Source: a virus
Taxonomy: Duplodnaviria > Caudoviricetes
Length of the DNA stretch: 64,000 nucleotides
Strand: one strand, 5' to 3'
IMG/VR virus record: IMGVR_UViG_3300027971_004105
The notes beneath the pieces are model-generated. The model was not told the DNA's origin. It did not search any database and was given only the letters and a program-made list of their open reading frames with translations. This document shows positions 7,981 through 18,051 of the stretch, one piece after another. The translations under genes and the position numbers were made by a program. Position 1 is the stretch's first letter. Each line of letters begins with the position of its first letter.

Positions 7981-9035
7981 GAATAGATTATAACATATAT
8001 TTGGATTACGCAGACGTACTATTAAAACCCAAAAGATCCACACTGAGTTCAAGACGTGATGTGGACATGACTAGAGATTTCACATTTCGTAACAGCAAAC
8101 AGCAGATCTCATTTGTGCCTGTGGTTGCCAGCAACATGGATGGTGTGGGCACATTCAGTATGGCCAGAGTATTACAAGAATATAAACTTTTAACTGTGTT
8201 AAGAAAACATTACACCATTGCGGATTGGGACAGAGCAATAGGCACAGGATTAAAATTACAATATGTGAGTGCGTGTACAGGCACAGGAGCCATGTGGGAC
8301 AACAATTCACCAGACTATCAAACTTTAAAAAAAGTTATGGAGAAATATCCAGATGTGAGCATGATTACCATAGATGTGGCCAATGCTTATCATGAACAGT
8401 TTGTGGACTTTGTTAAGAGAATAAGATCTGAATTTCCCGACAAGACCATCATAGCAGGCAATGTGGTATCACCAGAGATGGTGGAAGAATTAATCATCAA
8501 TGGAGCAGACGTGGTCAAAGTGGGCATAGGTCCAGGATCAGTGTGTACCACTCGTACACAAACAGGAGTGGGAGTGCCACAGTTTTCTGCCATCATAGAA
8601 TGTGCTGATGCTGCCAACGGAGTGGGTGGACACATCATTGCTGATGGTGGTTGCACACAGCCAGGAGACATAGCCAAAGCATTGGCTGCAGGTGCTCACA
8701 TGGTGATGTTGGGTGGCATGCTGGCAGCACATGATGAATCAGAATTAGAATTGAAAGATGGCAAAAGAGTATTCTACGGCATGAGTTCCGAATCAGCATT
8801 TGAAAAACACGGCGCAAGAAAAGATGGCTACAGAGGCACTGAAGGCAAAACAGTAAAATTAGACAACAAAGGTCCTGTGAAAGACACTGTGGAACAGATA
8901 TTGGGCGGAGTCAGAAGCACTTGCACTTATATAGGAGCAAGAAGAATCAAAGACATGCCCAAGTGTGCTCACTTCGTGAGAGTGAACAATGTGATCAACA
9001 GAGTTTTTGACAGATATGAAACAAATAAAAATTGA
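7977..9035 (+). CDS. guaC: GMP reductase
   Basis: LDYADVLLKPKRSTL, ASNMDGVG, GIGPGSVCTTR (catalytic Cys), IIADGG, FYGMSS; no CBS domains. Confidence 0.93.
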   Translation: MRIDYNIYLDYADVLLKPKRSTLSSRRDVDMTRDFTFRNSKQQISFVPVVASNMDGVGTFSMARVLQEYKLLTVLRKHYTIADWDRAIGTGLKLQYVSACTGTGAMWDNNSPDYQTLKKVMEKYPDVSMITIDVANAYHEQFVDFVKRIRSEFPDKTIIAGNVVSPEMVEELIINGADVVKVGIGPGSVCTTRTQTGVGVPQFSAIIECADAANGVGGHIIADGGCTQPGDIAKALAAGAHMVMLGGMLAAHDESELELKDGKRVFYGMSSESAFEKHGARKDGYRGTEGKTVKLDNKGPVKDTVEQILGGVRSTCTYIGARRIKDMPKCAHFVRVNNVINRVFDRYETNKN

Positions 9036-9255
9036 TCTAATTCTCAAATGGATAGCCACAGCCATATTGATTGTGGGCACATTTGTTAATGCTGGATTTC
9101 CAGAACTATATCCCGTGGGACCAATACTGTTGGCCTTGGGTGGAGTATTTTGGTTGGTAGTTTCATTGATTTGGCGAGAACCTGCACTGATTGTGACCAA
9201 CATTGTGTTGACATGTGTGGGCTTTGGTGGTATAATACTATATTACATTAGATAA
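9016..9255 (+). CDS. small membrane protein
   Basis: Three hydrophobic segments; ATG 9016 preferred. Confidence 0.65.
   Translation: MKQIKIDLILKWIATAILIVGTFVNAGFPELYPVGPILLALGGVFWLVVSLIWREPALIVTNIVLTCVGFGGIILYYIR
9208..9236 (+). promoter_or_regulatory. consensus sigma70 promoter with extended -10, upstream of polB
   Basis: TTGACA-17 bp-TATAAT with TGn, inside the 3' end of the membrane-protein gene. Confidence 0.85.
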
Positions 9256-9258
9256 GGC

Positions 9259-9307
9259 ATAATCGGCCATAAGCGATTATTTGGTATGTGTCAGCCTTAA
9301 ATGACAC
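9259..9307 (+). promoter_or_regulatory. twin-hairpin 5' leader element of polB (putative translational operator)
   Basis: ATAATCG-GCCATAAG-CGATTAT and GTGTCA-GCCTTAAA-TGACAC; perfect stems, similar 8-nt loops. Confidence 0.7.
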
Positions 9308-9319
9308 GGATTGGAACAT

Positions 9320-11992
9320 ATGAGTTACATAGACGCATTCTTCGATAGAAATCAAGATTTTATTCGTGTGGTAGAACGCAAAGAAGGCAAAAGAATCTAC
9401 AAAGAATATCCCATTAGATACACATTCTTTTATGAAGATGCCAATGGCAAATTCAAAAGCATATATGGCAATTCTCTCAGCAGAATTGTCAGCAAGAGCA
9501 CCAAAGACTTTCATAAAGAATTAGCCATCAATAGAAACAAAAAATTATTTGAATCCGATATCAATCCCATATTTCAATGTCTCAGTGCCAACTACCTCAA
9601 TCACGATGCTCCCAAACTGAATGTGGCATTTTTTGATATAGAAGCAGACTTTGATCCTGAAAAAGGATTCGCTGATCCCTCAGATCCGTTCATGCCAGTC
9701 ACAGCTATCACTGTGTATCTGCAATGGATAGACAGCATGGTGACTTTTGCACTGATTCCTAAAACCTTAACACTTCAACAAGCCAAGGATCAGACCAAAG
9801 ACACAAAGAATTTATATCTGTATGAGCGTGAAGCAGACATGTTGCAGGCATTTTTAGACATAATAGAAGATGTGGATGTGTTGAGCGGTTGGAACTCAGA
9901 AGGTTATGACATGCCTTATCTAGTGAATAGAGTCAGCAAAGTATTGAGTAAAGATGACACTAGACGTTTTTGTTTATGGTCACAGATGCCTAAAAAAAGA
10001 ACATTTGAAAAGTATGGCAGAGAACAAGAAACTTATGATTTAATAGGCAGAGTACACATAGACAGTTTGGAACTGTATAGAAAATATACCTATGAAGAAC
10101 GCCACACATACAGACTGGATGCCATAGGAGAAATTGAATTGGGAGAAACAAAAACTGTGTATGAAGGCACGTTGGATCAACTGTACAACAATGACTTTAA
10201 AACTTTTATAGAATACAACAGACAAGACGTGCAACTGTTGAACAACTTGGATAAAAAACTTAAATTTTTAGATCTCAGCAATGAACTAGCTCATGCCAAC
10301 ACAGTGCTGATGCAGACCACTATGGGTGCTGTGGCAGTGACCGAACAAGCCATCATCAATGAAGCACACAAAAGAGGATTGCAGGTTCCCAATAGACCAC
10401 ACAGATCCGATGAAGAAAACACCACAGCAGCAGGTGCCTATGTGGCATTTCCCAAAAAAGGACTGCATGATTGGATAGGATCCATGGACTTGAATTCACT
10501 GTATCCAAGTGTGATCAGAGCTCTAAACATGGCTCCTGAATGTGTGGTGGGGCAATTGCGTAACACCTACACAGAATCATTTCTACAGGATCAAATAAAT
10601 CTACAAGGCAAATCATTTGCGGCAGCATGGGAGAATAAGTTTGGCAGTTTGGAGTATGAATATGTGATGACTCAAAGACGAGACATGCCTATCACAATAG
10701 ATTGGGAGAATGGTACCACAGAAGAAAAAAGTGGCGCAGAGATTTACAAGATGATATTTGACAGCCACAAGCCCATCATGATCAGTGCCAATGGCACCAT
10801 GTTTACCACAGAGTTTGAAGGTGTGATTCCTGGATTATTAAAAACATGGTATCAAGAAAGAACTGAGATGCAGGCCATGAAAAAGAAAGCACAAAGTGCC
10901 AGCAATCAAGCAGAGATAGAATTTTGGGACAAAAGACAATTGGTTAAAAAAATTAATTTGAACTCACTGTATGGTGCCATACTTAATCCAGGCTGTAGAT
11001 TCTTTGACAAACGCATAGGACAATCAACCACACTCACAGGTAGAACCATCAGCAAACACATGGCAGCAAAAATAAATGAAGTGATCACAGGCACATACGA
11101 TCATTTGGGAGATGCTGTGATATATGGTGATACAGACTCTGCTTATTTCAGTGCTTATAAAGTTTTAAAGAAAGACATTGATGCTGGATTGATTCCATGG
11201 ACCAAAGAGAGTGTGATCAAACTGTATGATCAAGTGGCTGAAGAAGTCAACAACAGTTTTAAAGCATTCATGGGTGAAGCATTTCATTGTCCCAAAACAA
11301 GAGCAGAAGTGATTCAAGCAGGACGTGAATCCATCAGTGAAACAGGATTGTTTATCACTAAAAAAAGATATGCTGTGTTGATATATGAATTGGAAGGCGA
11401 TCGTATGGATGTGAATGGTAAACCAGGCAAGGTAAAAGCCATGGGATTGGATCTTAAACGTTCAGACACTCCGGTGTTTGTGCAGGATTTTTTAAGTGAA
11501 ATATTACTGATGGTGCTGACCAAATCAGACGAAAAAGCAGTATTGGAAAGAATCAGCACATTTAGAAATGAATTTAAATTGCGTCCAGGTTGGGAAAAAG
11601 GTTCTCCCAAACGTGCCAACAATGTGGCAGATTATCAAAGAAAAGAAAAAGCACAAGGCAAAGCCAACATGCCAGGACACGTGCGAGCTTCAATCAATTG
11701 GAACACATTAAAACGTATGAACAATGATCGTTACAGTTTGGAAATTGTGGATGGCATGAAAGTGATTGTGTGTAAACTCAGAAACAATCCTTTGGAGTAC
11801 ACCAGTGTGGCCTATCCCACAGATCAATTGAGAATACCTCAATGGTTTAAAGAATTACCTTTTGATCACTCAGCCATGGAAACCACAGTGATCGATAGTA
11901 AATTGGGCAACCTGTTGGGAGTGCTGGATTGGGATATTCAAAGCACAGAAACAGGCAACACATTCAACACATTATTTGACTTTGGAGATTAA
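9320..11992 (+). CDS. polB: family B DNA polymerase (T4 gp43-like)
   Basis: Exo motifs FDIEADF, GWNSEGYD, YNRQDV; Pol motifs DLNSLYPS, KINLNSLYG, YGDTDS; no intein. Confidence 0.97.
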   Translation: MSYIDAFFDRNQDFIRVVERKEGKRIYKEYPIRYTFFYEDANGKFKSIYGNSLSRIVSKSTKDFHKELAINRNKKLFESDINPIFQCLSANYLNHDAPKLNVAFFDIEADFDPEKGFADPSDPFMPVTAITVYLQWIDSMVTFALIPKTLTLQQAKDQTKDTKNLYLYEREADMLQAFLDIIEDVDVLSGWNSEGYDMPYLVNRVSKVLSKDDTRRFCLWSQMPKKRTFEKYGREQETYDLIGRVHIDSLELYRKYTYEERHTYRLDAIGEIELGETKTVYEGTLDQLYNNDFKTFIEYNRQDVQLLNNLDKKLKFLDLSNELAHANTVLMQTTMGAVAVTEQAIINEAHKRGLQVPNRPHRSDEENTTAAGAYVAFPKKGLHDWIGSMDLNSLYPSVIRALNMAPECVVGQLRNTYTESFLQDQINLQGKSFAAAWENKFGSLEYEYVMTQRRDMPITIDWENGTTEEKSGAEIYKMIFDSHKPIMISANGTMFTTEFEGVIPGLLKTWYQERTEMQAMKKKAQSASNQAEIEFWDKRQLVKKINLNSLYGAILNPGCRFFDKRIGQSTTLTGRTISKHMAAKINEVITGTYDHLGDAVIYGDTDSAYFSAYKVLKKDIDAGLIPWTKESVIKLYDQVAEEVNNSFKAFMGEAFHCPKTRAEVIQAGRESISETGLFITKKRYAVLIYELEGDRMDVNGKPGKVKAMGLDLKRSDTPVFVQDFLSEILLMVLTKSDEKAVLERISTFRNEFKLRPGWEKGSPKRANNVADYQRKEKAQGKANMPGHVRASINWNTLKRMNNDRYSLEIVDGMKVIVCKLRNNPLEYTSVAYPTDQLRIPQWFKELPFDHSAMETTVIDSKLGNLLGVLDWDIQSTETGNTFNTLFDFGD

Positions 11993-12532
11993 ATGGCAAG
12001 ATACGGCATGGTAGATTTGGAAACATTAGGCACAAGACCAGATGCTGCCATATTGACTGTGGGTGCTATCAAGTTTGATCCACATTCAGACTCAGAACCC
12101 TACGAAGGTAGATATTGGAGATTAAATGTAGATGAACAAACAGCATTGGGTAGAACAGTGGACGAAGGTACCATTGAATGGTGGGGCCGACAGGCACCTG
12201 AGATACGTGATGAGGCATTGGGAGACACAGATCGTGTGATCATAGCAGACTTTGCCAAAGAATTCAACAAATGGTGTGTGGGATTGGATCAGCTGTGGTG
12301 TCAAGGTCCATTGTTTGATTATGCCATCATACAAAATTTATATGACCAAGCTCGCACTCCTGTGCCTTTCAACTATTGGCAAATCAGAGACAGTCGCACA
12401 CTGTTTGATTTGATGCCACAGGATCCTAGAAAGAGCATACAGAGCAGTCTACACAACGCATTGGCTGATTGTTACTATCAAGCCAAATGTGTGCAACAAG
12501 TTTTTAAACATTTAGGAGTAAAGAAAAAATGA
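11993..12532 (+). CDS. DEDDh 3'-5' exonuclease (Rv2179c-like)
   Basis: MVDLETLGT, WCQGPLFD, IRDSRT, HNALADC. Confidence 0.85.
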   Translation: MARYGMVDLETLGTRPDAAILTVGAIKFDPHSDSEPYEGRYWRLNVDEQTALGRTVDEGTIEWWGRQAPEIRDEALGDTDRVIIADFAKEFNKWCVGLDQLWCQGPLFDYAIIQNLYDQARTPVPFNYWQIRDSRTLFDLMPQDPRKSIQSSLHNALADCYYQAKCVQQVFKHLGVKKK

Positions 12533-13260
12533 AAATATTATTGACAGGACATCTAGGGTTTATAGGCAGTGCTTTGTACAATGAACTGATCAAAGAACAC
12601 ACAGTGATAGGCATAGACATCAAAGATGGCAAAGATTTATTAACTTGTGATTTGAATTACACAGTGGATCTTGTGATACATTTGGCAGGATTGGCACAAG
12701 TAAGAGAGAGTTTAAAAAATCCTACCAAGTATTGGGACATAAATGTGATAGCATCTAAAAGATTATTTGATGCATTTCCTCATACAAAAATAATATATGC
12801 CAGTTCTAGTTCAGCATACGAACCAGAAAAAAATCCTTATGCTTTTAGTAAATTTGCCATGGATAAGATTGCTCCAGCACACAGTTTAGGTTTAAGATTT
12901 ACCACTGTATGGTGTGAAGGCGGTAGAGATGGTATGTTTATGACCAAACTATTTGAGAATGACATCAGTTATATCACTGAGCATACTAGAGATTTTGTAC
13001 ATGTGTCTGACATAATATCTGCAATCAAATTATTAATGAACACTTCAATAACAGGAGTGATAGATGTGGGTACCGGAATCAGCAACAATTTGAAAACTTT
13101 GGTAGATTTGGCTGGCATTAAAAATTATAAGTTTGAATCTGGCAATGTATATGAAAGAATGGACAACTGTGCCAATATCAAAGAATTAAGAGATTTAGGT
13201 TGGGAACCAAAAGTTAATGTGATTGATTACATAAAAAACAAATATCACTTGACTTCTTAG
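12529..13260 (+). CDS. NAD-dependent epimerase/dehydratase
   Basis: TGHLGFIG, YASSSSAY, YAFSK (YxxxK). Confidence 0.88.
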   Translation: MKILLTGHLGFIGSALYNELIKEHTVIGIDIKDGKDLLTCDLNYTVDLVIHLAGLAQVRESLKNPTKYWDINVIASKRLFDAFPHTKIIYASSSSAYEPEKNPYAFSKFAMDKIAPAHSLGLRFTTVWCEGGRDGMFMTKLFENDISYITEHTRDFVHVSDIISAIKLLMNTSITGVIDVGTGISNNLKTLVDLAGIKNYKFESGNVYERMDNCANIKELRDLGWEPKVNVIDYIKNKYHLTS

Positions 13261-13277
13261 CCAGGCCTAAATATAAT
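13249..13277 (+). promoter_or_regulatory. sigma70-type promoter overlapping a late TAAATA core
   Basis: TTGACT-17 bp-TATAAT; TAAATA 13268-13273; GGAG SD. Confidence 0.75.
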
Positions 13278-13301
13278 GCATATAACACAACGGAGAACAA
13301 A

Positions 13302-14030
13302 ATGAAAGACATCTTACAAGACGTGGTAGCACACACTCATCAACTGGGGTTTTTGAGTCTAGTGAAAGTTACCAATGAAGAACAAACTAAAATTGAAAGC
13401 ATGGCTGAAGACAGATCAGTTATTCTTTCAGCAACAACCAACAAAAAAGTATCTGAATTTACAGGTACATTTGGTATGCCTAACTTGGACAAACTATCAT
13501 TACACTTGAAATGTCCTGAGTATCAAAAAGACGCCAAATTAAATGTGGTCAAAGCCACACGCAATGGAGTGGAAATTCCCACACACATTCACTTTGAAAA
13601 TGCATCGGGTGATTTCCAAAATGATTACAGATTTATGAACACTGAGATTATCAATGAAAAATTGAAATCAATCAAATTCAAAGGTACATCTTGGAACATT
13701 GAATTTGAACCAGCTCTTGCTAGTATTCAAAGATTAAAACTGCAAGCGGCAGCACACACAGAAGAAACTGTTTTCACAGTTAAAACTGAAAATAAAAATT
13801 TAATGTTTTACTTTGGTGATGCAAACTCTCATGCAGGAAGTTTTACTTTTCAAGCCAATGTGGTAGGTGAATTAAAACAAGGTTGGAGTTGGCCTATTCA
13901 ACAAGTGATTAGTATATTAAATCTTGATGGCAAAATCAAAATGAAGATTAGTGATCAAGGTGCTATGCAAATTTCTGTGGATAGCGGTATTGCTGAATAC
14001 AATTACATATTGCCAGCACAGACCAAATAA
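13302..14030 (+). CDS. probable DNA polymerase sliding clamp (gp45-like)
   Basis: 242 aa with a clamp-like alpha/beta pattern, near polB; no catalytic motif, so inferred. Confidence 0.55.
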   Translation: MKDILQDVVAHTHQLGFLSLVKVTNEEQTKIESMAEDRSVILSATTNKKVSEFTGTFGMPNLDKLSLHLKCPEYQKDAKLNVVKATRNGVEIPTHIHFENASGDFQNDYRFMNTEIINEKLKSIKFKGTSWNIEFEPALASIQRLKLQAAAHTEETVFTVKTENKNLMFYFGDANSHAGSFTFQANVVGELKQGWSWPIQQVISILNLDGKIKMKISDQGAMQISVDSGIAEYNYILPAQTK

Positions 14031-14048
14031 ATTAAGGCAAGTAAAATT

Positions 14049-15512
14049 ATGCACACTGACTTAACAGCACAGCAAAAAGACTATTCAGTATTTCTGCCGG
14101 CGTTGAGCAGTTTCTATGCAAGAGATTTGGGCAAGGCCAGACATGAGAAGGATTATATCCTGCCTCACAGAATTCCGGCTGCTTTTAATCATGGCATAGA
14201 AGGCATGAATTATCTTGTGCCCACCAACACATATTTTCATTACAGATGGCATTTGTACAGTGCAGGTCATGCTGACTTGAACATGGACAAATTTAGTGCC
14301 AGAGATGACATCATAAGAAACCGAGATAGAAAAACCAGTTTTGTACTGGGTGATTCAGGAGGGTTTCAGATTGGTAAAGGAGTATGGGAAGGCAATTGGA
14401 AAGATCCCACTTGTCCTCGAGCCAAGAAGAAGCGAGAACAGGTGCTCACTTGGATGGATGCCAACATGGACTATGGTATGATATTGGATATTCCAGCATG
14501 GGTTTCACGTTCTCCAGAAGGTGCCAAAGCCAGCAATATCAACTCCTATCAGGAAGCAGTGGATGGCACAAGAATCAATAATGATTACTTCATGAAGACT
14601 AGAACAGGTGCTTGTAAGTTTTTAAATGTGCTGCAAGGTGAAAACTTTCAACAAGCAGATGATTGGTATCAGCAGATGAAAGATTACTGCGATCCTAAAA
14701 AATATCCCACAACTCACTTTAATGGTTGGGCAATGGGTGGTCAGAACATGTGTGATGTGCATCTTATATTGAAAAGATTAGTGGCATTAAGATTTGATGG
14801 TTTATTAGAAAAAGGCATTCATGATTGGATGCACTTTTTAGGCACATCCAAACTGGAATGGGCAGTACTATTGACAGACATCCAAAGAGCAGTAAGAAAA
14901 TATCACAATCCAAACTTTACTGTGTCATTTGATTGTGCTTCACCTTTCTTAGCATCAGCCAATGGACAAATTTACACAGAAGTGGATGTCAGAGACAAAC
15001 AAAAATGGTCATATAGAATGGCTGCCAGCATAGATGATAAAAAATATGCCGGTGACACCAGAGCATTTAGAGATGCTGTGTTACAAGAAAAGATATTTGA
15101 CAATTTTCAAGACAGTCCTATCAGTAAAAGATTACAGTTGAAAGATGTCACTTGTTATGCTCCAGGAGATAAAAACAAAGTGGGCGGTGATCCCAAAACA
15201 TCTTGGGATTCATTCAGTTATACCTTACAAATGGCACACAATGTTTGGACACACATCAATGCTGTGCAAGAAGCCAACAGACAGTATGATGCAGGATTAA
15301 CTCCACGCATGTTGGTGGAAGAAAAGTTTGATAAAGTGGCATTCAAAGACATAGTGGAAGCAATATTTGCCACAGACAACAGAGACACAGCAGAAGCAGT
15401 GATTGAGGAATACAGCAGATTTTGGATGAGTATCATAGGTACCAGAGGCGCCACAGGCAAAAAAACAGTGAATGCTTCAACACAGTTTTCTAACTTATTT
15501 GAGGAGGTATAA
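14049..15512 (+). CDS. TGT-fold guanine transglycosylase (DpdA/Tgt-like)
   Basis: GDSGGFQ, MILDIP, NVLQG, AMGG, HFLG, SFDCASP align with TGT active-site motifs. Confidence 0.85.
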   Translation: MHTDLTAQQKDYSVFLPALSSFYARDLGKARHEKDYILPHRIPAAFNHGIEGMNYLVPTNTYFHYRWHLYSAGHADLNMDKFSARDDIIRNRDRKTSFVLGDSGGFQIGKGVWEGNWKDPTCPRAKKKREQVLTWMDANMDYGMILDIPAWVSRSPEGAKASNINSYQEAVDGTRINNDYFMKTRTGACKFLNVLQGENFQQADDWYQQMKDYCDPKKYPTTHFNGWAMGGQNMCDVHLILKRLVALRFDGLLEKGIHDWMHFLGTSKLEWAVLLTDIQRAVRKYHNPNFTVSFDCASPFLASANGQIYTEVDVRDKQKWSYRMAASIDDKKYAGDTRAFRDAVLQEKIFDNFQDSPISKRLQLKDVTCYAPGDKNKVGGDPKTSWDSFSYTLQMAHNVWTHINAVQEANRQYDAGLTPRMLVEEKFDKVAFKDIVEAIFATDNRDTAEAVIEEYSRFWMSIIGTRGATGKKTVNASTQFSNLFEEV

Positions 15513-15513
15513 T

Positions 15514-15708
15514 ATGAGTAAGAAAAATAAAAGTTTAAAGAAATTAGAACATGAGTTTGATTACTATCATAGAAAAACTGAAGAAATGGAACAAGAGCGA
15601 GAACATGATAGAAGTTGGGAGAGTAAAGCATTATTAAAGAATTATAAGAAAATTAAACTGGCAATCAAAACACAGATAGAAGAATACAGAAAACAATTAA
15701 AAGCATGA
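15514..15708 (+). CDS. small coiled-coil hypothetical protein
   Basis: GAGGAGGT SD before ATG 15514. Confidence 0.7.
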   Translation: MSKKNKSLKKLEHEFDYYHRKTEEMEQEREHDRSWESKALLKNYKKIKLAIKTQIEEYRKQLKA

Positions 15709-16592
15709 AAACATTGGTTATAGGATTGGGTATTGGACAATTGTATGTTAGAGTCTTAACACAGTTGGGTCATACAGTATTCACAGTGGATCCTGATCAA
15801 AACAAACAAGCCACATTCACAAATTTAAAAACAGCTCTATTGGCTCATCCCAAATTGGATGCAGTGTTCATATGCACTCCTAATTATACACATGATTCAA
15901 TAGCTCAAACAGTTGCACCACACAGTAGAGTGGTATTTGTAGAAAAACCAGGAGTGCTTAATTCTAAAAGATGGCAGAGTCTTCAACTCACATATCCAAA
16001 CGCTAAATTTATCATGATGAAAAACAATATGTGGCGCACAGTGGAAGAAGAAATGCGTATTAGAATAGATGATGCTGAAGAAGTACACATTAACTGGATC
16101 AATCGCAACAGAGTGCCAGCACCAGGCAGCTGGTTTACTGATAAGAAATTATCATTTGGTGGAGTCAGCAGAGATCTTATGCCACATTTATTGAGTATGT
16201 TCATCTGGTTGAATCCTGATACATATTCTCAATATCAAATAGTTTCTTCCAATCGTAAACAAAATTGGAAATTAAGTGATCTTACTGATACAGAATATGG
16301 TGCAGTAAATTTAGATGGCACATATGATGTGGATGATTGGGCTGAAATGGTGTTCAATAACGGTAAAAAAACATTCAAACTTACTGCTGATTGGCGCAGT
16401 ATGGACAAAGATGACAGAGCACTGCACTGTTATAAAAGAGAAAAATTAATTAAAAGTTTTGAACTAGGATTATGTCCTGAATCAGCTTATGCTGCAATGA
16501 TTCAAGATGTTTTCAATAATATTAACCATGAAGAGTTTTGGAATCAACACAAGCAGTATGATGTGTGGATTCATAATTTAATCAATGACTGA
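15705..16592 (+). CDS. Gfo/Idh/MocA-family oxidoreductase
   Basis: IGLGIG Rossmann motif, ICTPNYTH, VEKP. Confidence 0.85.
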   Translation: MKTLVIGLGIGQLYVRVLTQLGHTVFTVDPDQNKQATFTNLKTALLAHPKLDAVFICTPNYTHDSIAQTVAPHSRVVFVEKPGVLNSKRWQSLQLTYPNAKFIMMKNNMWRTVEEEMRIRIDDAEEVHINWINRNRVPAPGSWFTDKKLSFGGVSRDLMPHLLSMFIWLNPDTYSQYQIVSSNRKQNWKLSDLTDTEYGAVNLDGTYDVDDWAEMVFNNGKKTFKLTADWRSMDKDDRALHCYKREKLIKSFELGLCPESAYAAMIQDVFNNINHEEFWNQHKQYDVWIHNLIND

Positions 16593-17493
16593 AACTAAAC
16601 TGTTATACACCAAAGGAGATGGCATGTTTCATGAAGGAACCATTGACATTCCTGCAGTGAAAGATAATCAGATTCAAGTAAAAAATATCATGACAGGAGT
16701 ATGTCGCAGTGATGTGGACATGATGTTGGGCAAATTCAAAACATTACCATTAAACATGCAAGGTCATGAAGGATTGGCTCAGGTCACACAAGTGGGTGCT
16801 CATGTGCGAGATGTTCAGGTGGGAGATCATGTGGCTACCAGAGGTGAACCTGCTTATGCTGATATTTACAATTGTGATTTTGAAACTTATGTTAAAGTTC
16901 CCACAGCAGATCCCAAATACATTGTGGAACCTGTGGCATGTGGCATTAATGTGATCAAACAATTTGAAACTGCCATTGCTCACAAAGCCAACTACAACAG
17001 CAGACTGCTGCTGATAGGCAGTGGATTTTTATCCTATGTGGTTTACACCTATCTAAAAATAAAAAATTATCATTTTGATATCACTGTGTTGGGCAATCAC
17101 AACAAACAGTTTTGGGGAGATAAACTCACTCACAATGCTGAAGGCGTGTTTGATGTTATTATAGATTTGAACAACAGATCAGAGGTGTTTGACAAGAACA
17201 TGTTCAACACTGAAGCATTGTTGATACTGGCTGCTGAAAAAACAGAATCTATTCGCACTAATTTTGCTGATTTATTATGGAATGCTGTAACAGTAGGCTT
17301 TCCAAGTCCTAGAAATAAAAAATTTATAGAGTGCATGCGTGAAGCAGTGGAATTAATCTCTGCAGGCAAACTAGATGTGTCCAATTTTTGGACCAAAGGT
17401 TACAGCAGAAGCACAGAGTGGAACAATGCATTTGCAGATGCTACAAATAGAAAAAATGGCTATGCCAGAGGGTATATAGATTGGAGAAAATAA
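16585..17493 (+). CDS. Zn-dependent medium-chain dehydrogenase/reductase
   Basis: GVCRSD, GHEG, VEPVACG, IGSGF. Confidence 0.85.
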   Translation: MTETKLLYTKGDGMFHEGTIDIPAVKDNQIQVKNIMTGVCRSDVDMMLGKFKTLPLNMQGHEGLAQVTQVGAHVRDVQVGDHVATRGEPAYADIYNCDFETYVKVPTADPKYIVEPVACGINVIKQFETAIAHKANYNSRLLLIGSGFLSYVVYTYLKIKNYHFDITVLGNHNKQFWGDKLTHNAEGVFDVIIDLNNRSEVFDKNMFNTEALLILAAEKTESIRTNFADLLWNAVTVGFPSPRNKKFIECMREAVELISAGKLDVSNFWTKGYSRSTEWNNAFADATNRKNGYARGYIDWRK

Positions 17494-18014
17494 TGTTGGA
17501 CACACAATCGAGAAAAAAAGTAAAATTTTTCATAGGCAAAGAAGTGGAGAACACTGCTATGAAACATCAAATAACTTTATTTGTGGTGGGTGTACAAAAC
17601 GTGGTGGACATTGTGAGGTATACTCAAAAAACTGCTGTGGCACACGTGTATTTAGGCACCAGTCAAAGTTTTACTCCAGAGACAGAAGAAGATTGGAGAG
17701 ATTGGAACAATATTATTAACAAATTATTAGATTTGGGTCTTTGGGTCACATTGGATTATGATGTGCAATATGCAGAAATGGTATCAAGAATGAATTGGCA
17801 TAAGAACCATCATTTTATCAATATGATATCTGTGAAAATACCCAACATCAAAACATTCAACTCAAACACAGTGATCAAACTGGATGACGTCACGTGGGGT
17901 GCTACCAATACAGGAGTTTGGACACATGATTTGGACAAATTGATGACCAAAAAAACCTATACAGATTGGAGTGAATACAAGGGCGATTATCCTGTGGACA
18001 TTGACAAGCATTGA
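17493..18014 (+). CDS. conserved hypothetical protein
   Basis: TAATG coupling; FFIGKEVENT...TLFVVG and WGATNTGVW motifs. Confidence 0.7.
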   Translation: MLDTQSRKKVKFFIGKEVENTAMKHQITLFVVGVQNVVDIVRYTQKTAVAHVYLGTSQSFTPETEEDWRDWNNIINKLLDLGLWVTLDYDVQYAEMVSRMNWHKNHHFINMISVKIPNIKTFNSNTVIKLDDVTWGATNTGVWTHDLDKLMTKKTYTDWSEYKGDYPVDIDKH

Positions 18015-18029
18015 AAAGGTTGTTATACT
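18001..18029 (+). promoter_or_regulatory. sigma70 promoter with extended -10, followed by late core TAAATA (18037-18042)
   Basis: TTGACA-17 bp-TATACT with TGn. Confidence 0.8.
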
Positions 18030-18051
18030 ATAAACCTAAATACTGAAACAC

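Noticed and set aside
9248-9514. Antisense ORF over the polB leader
   Set aside because: Shadow of polB and the leader; no start signals or motif.
9320-11992. Intein or intron in polB
   Set aside because: About 890 aa, with all Exo and Pol motifs at normal spacing; no splice or homing-endonuclease motifs.
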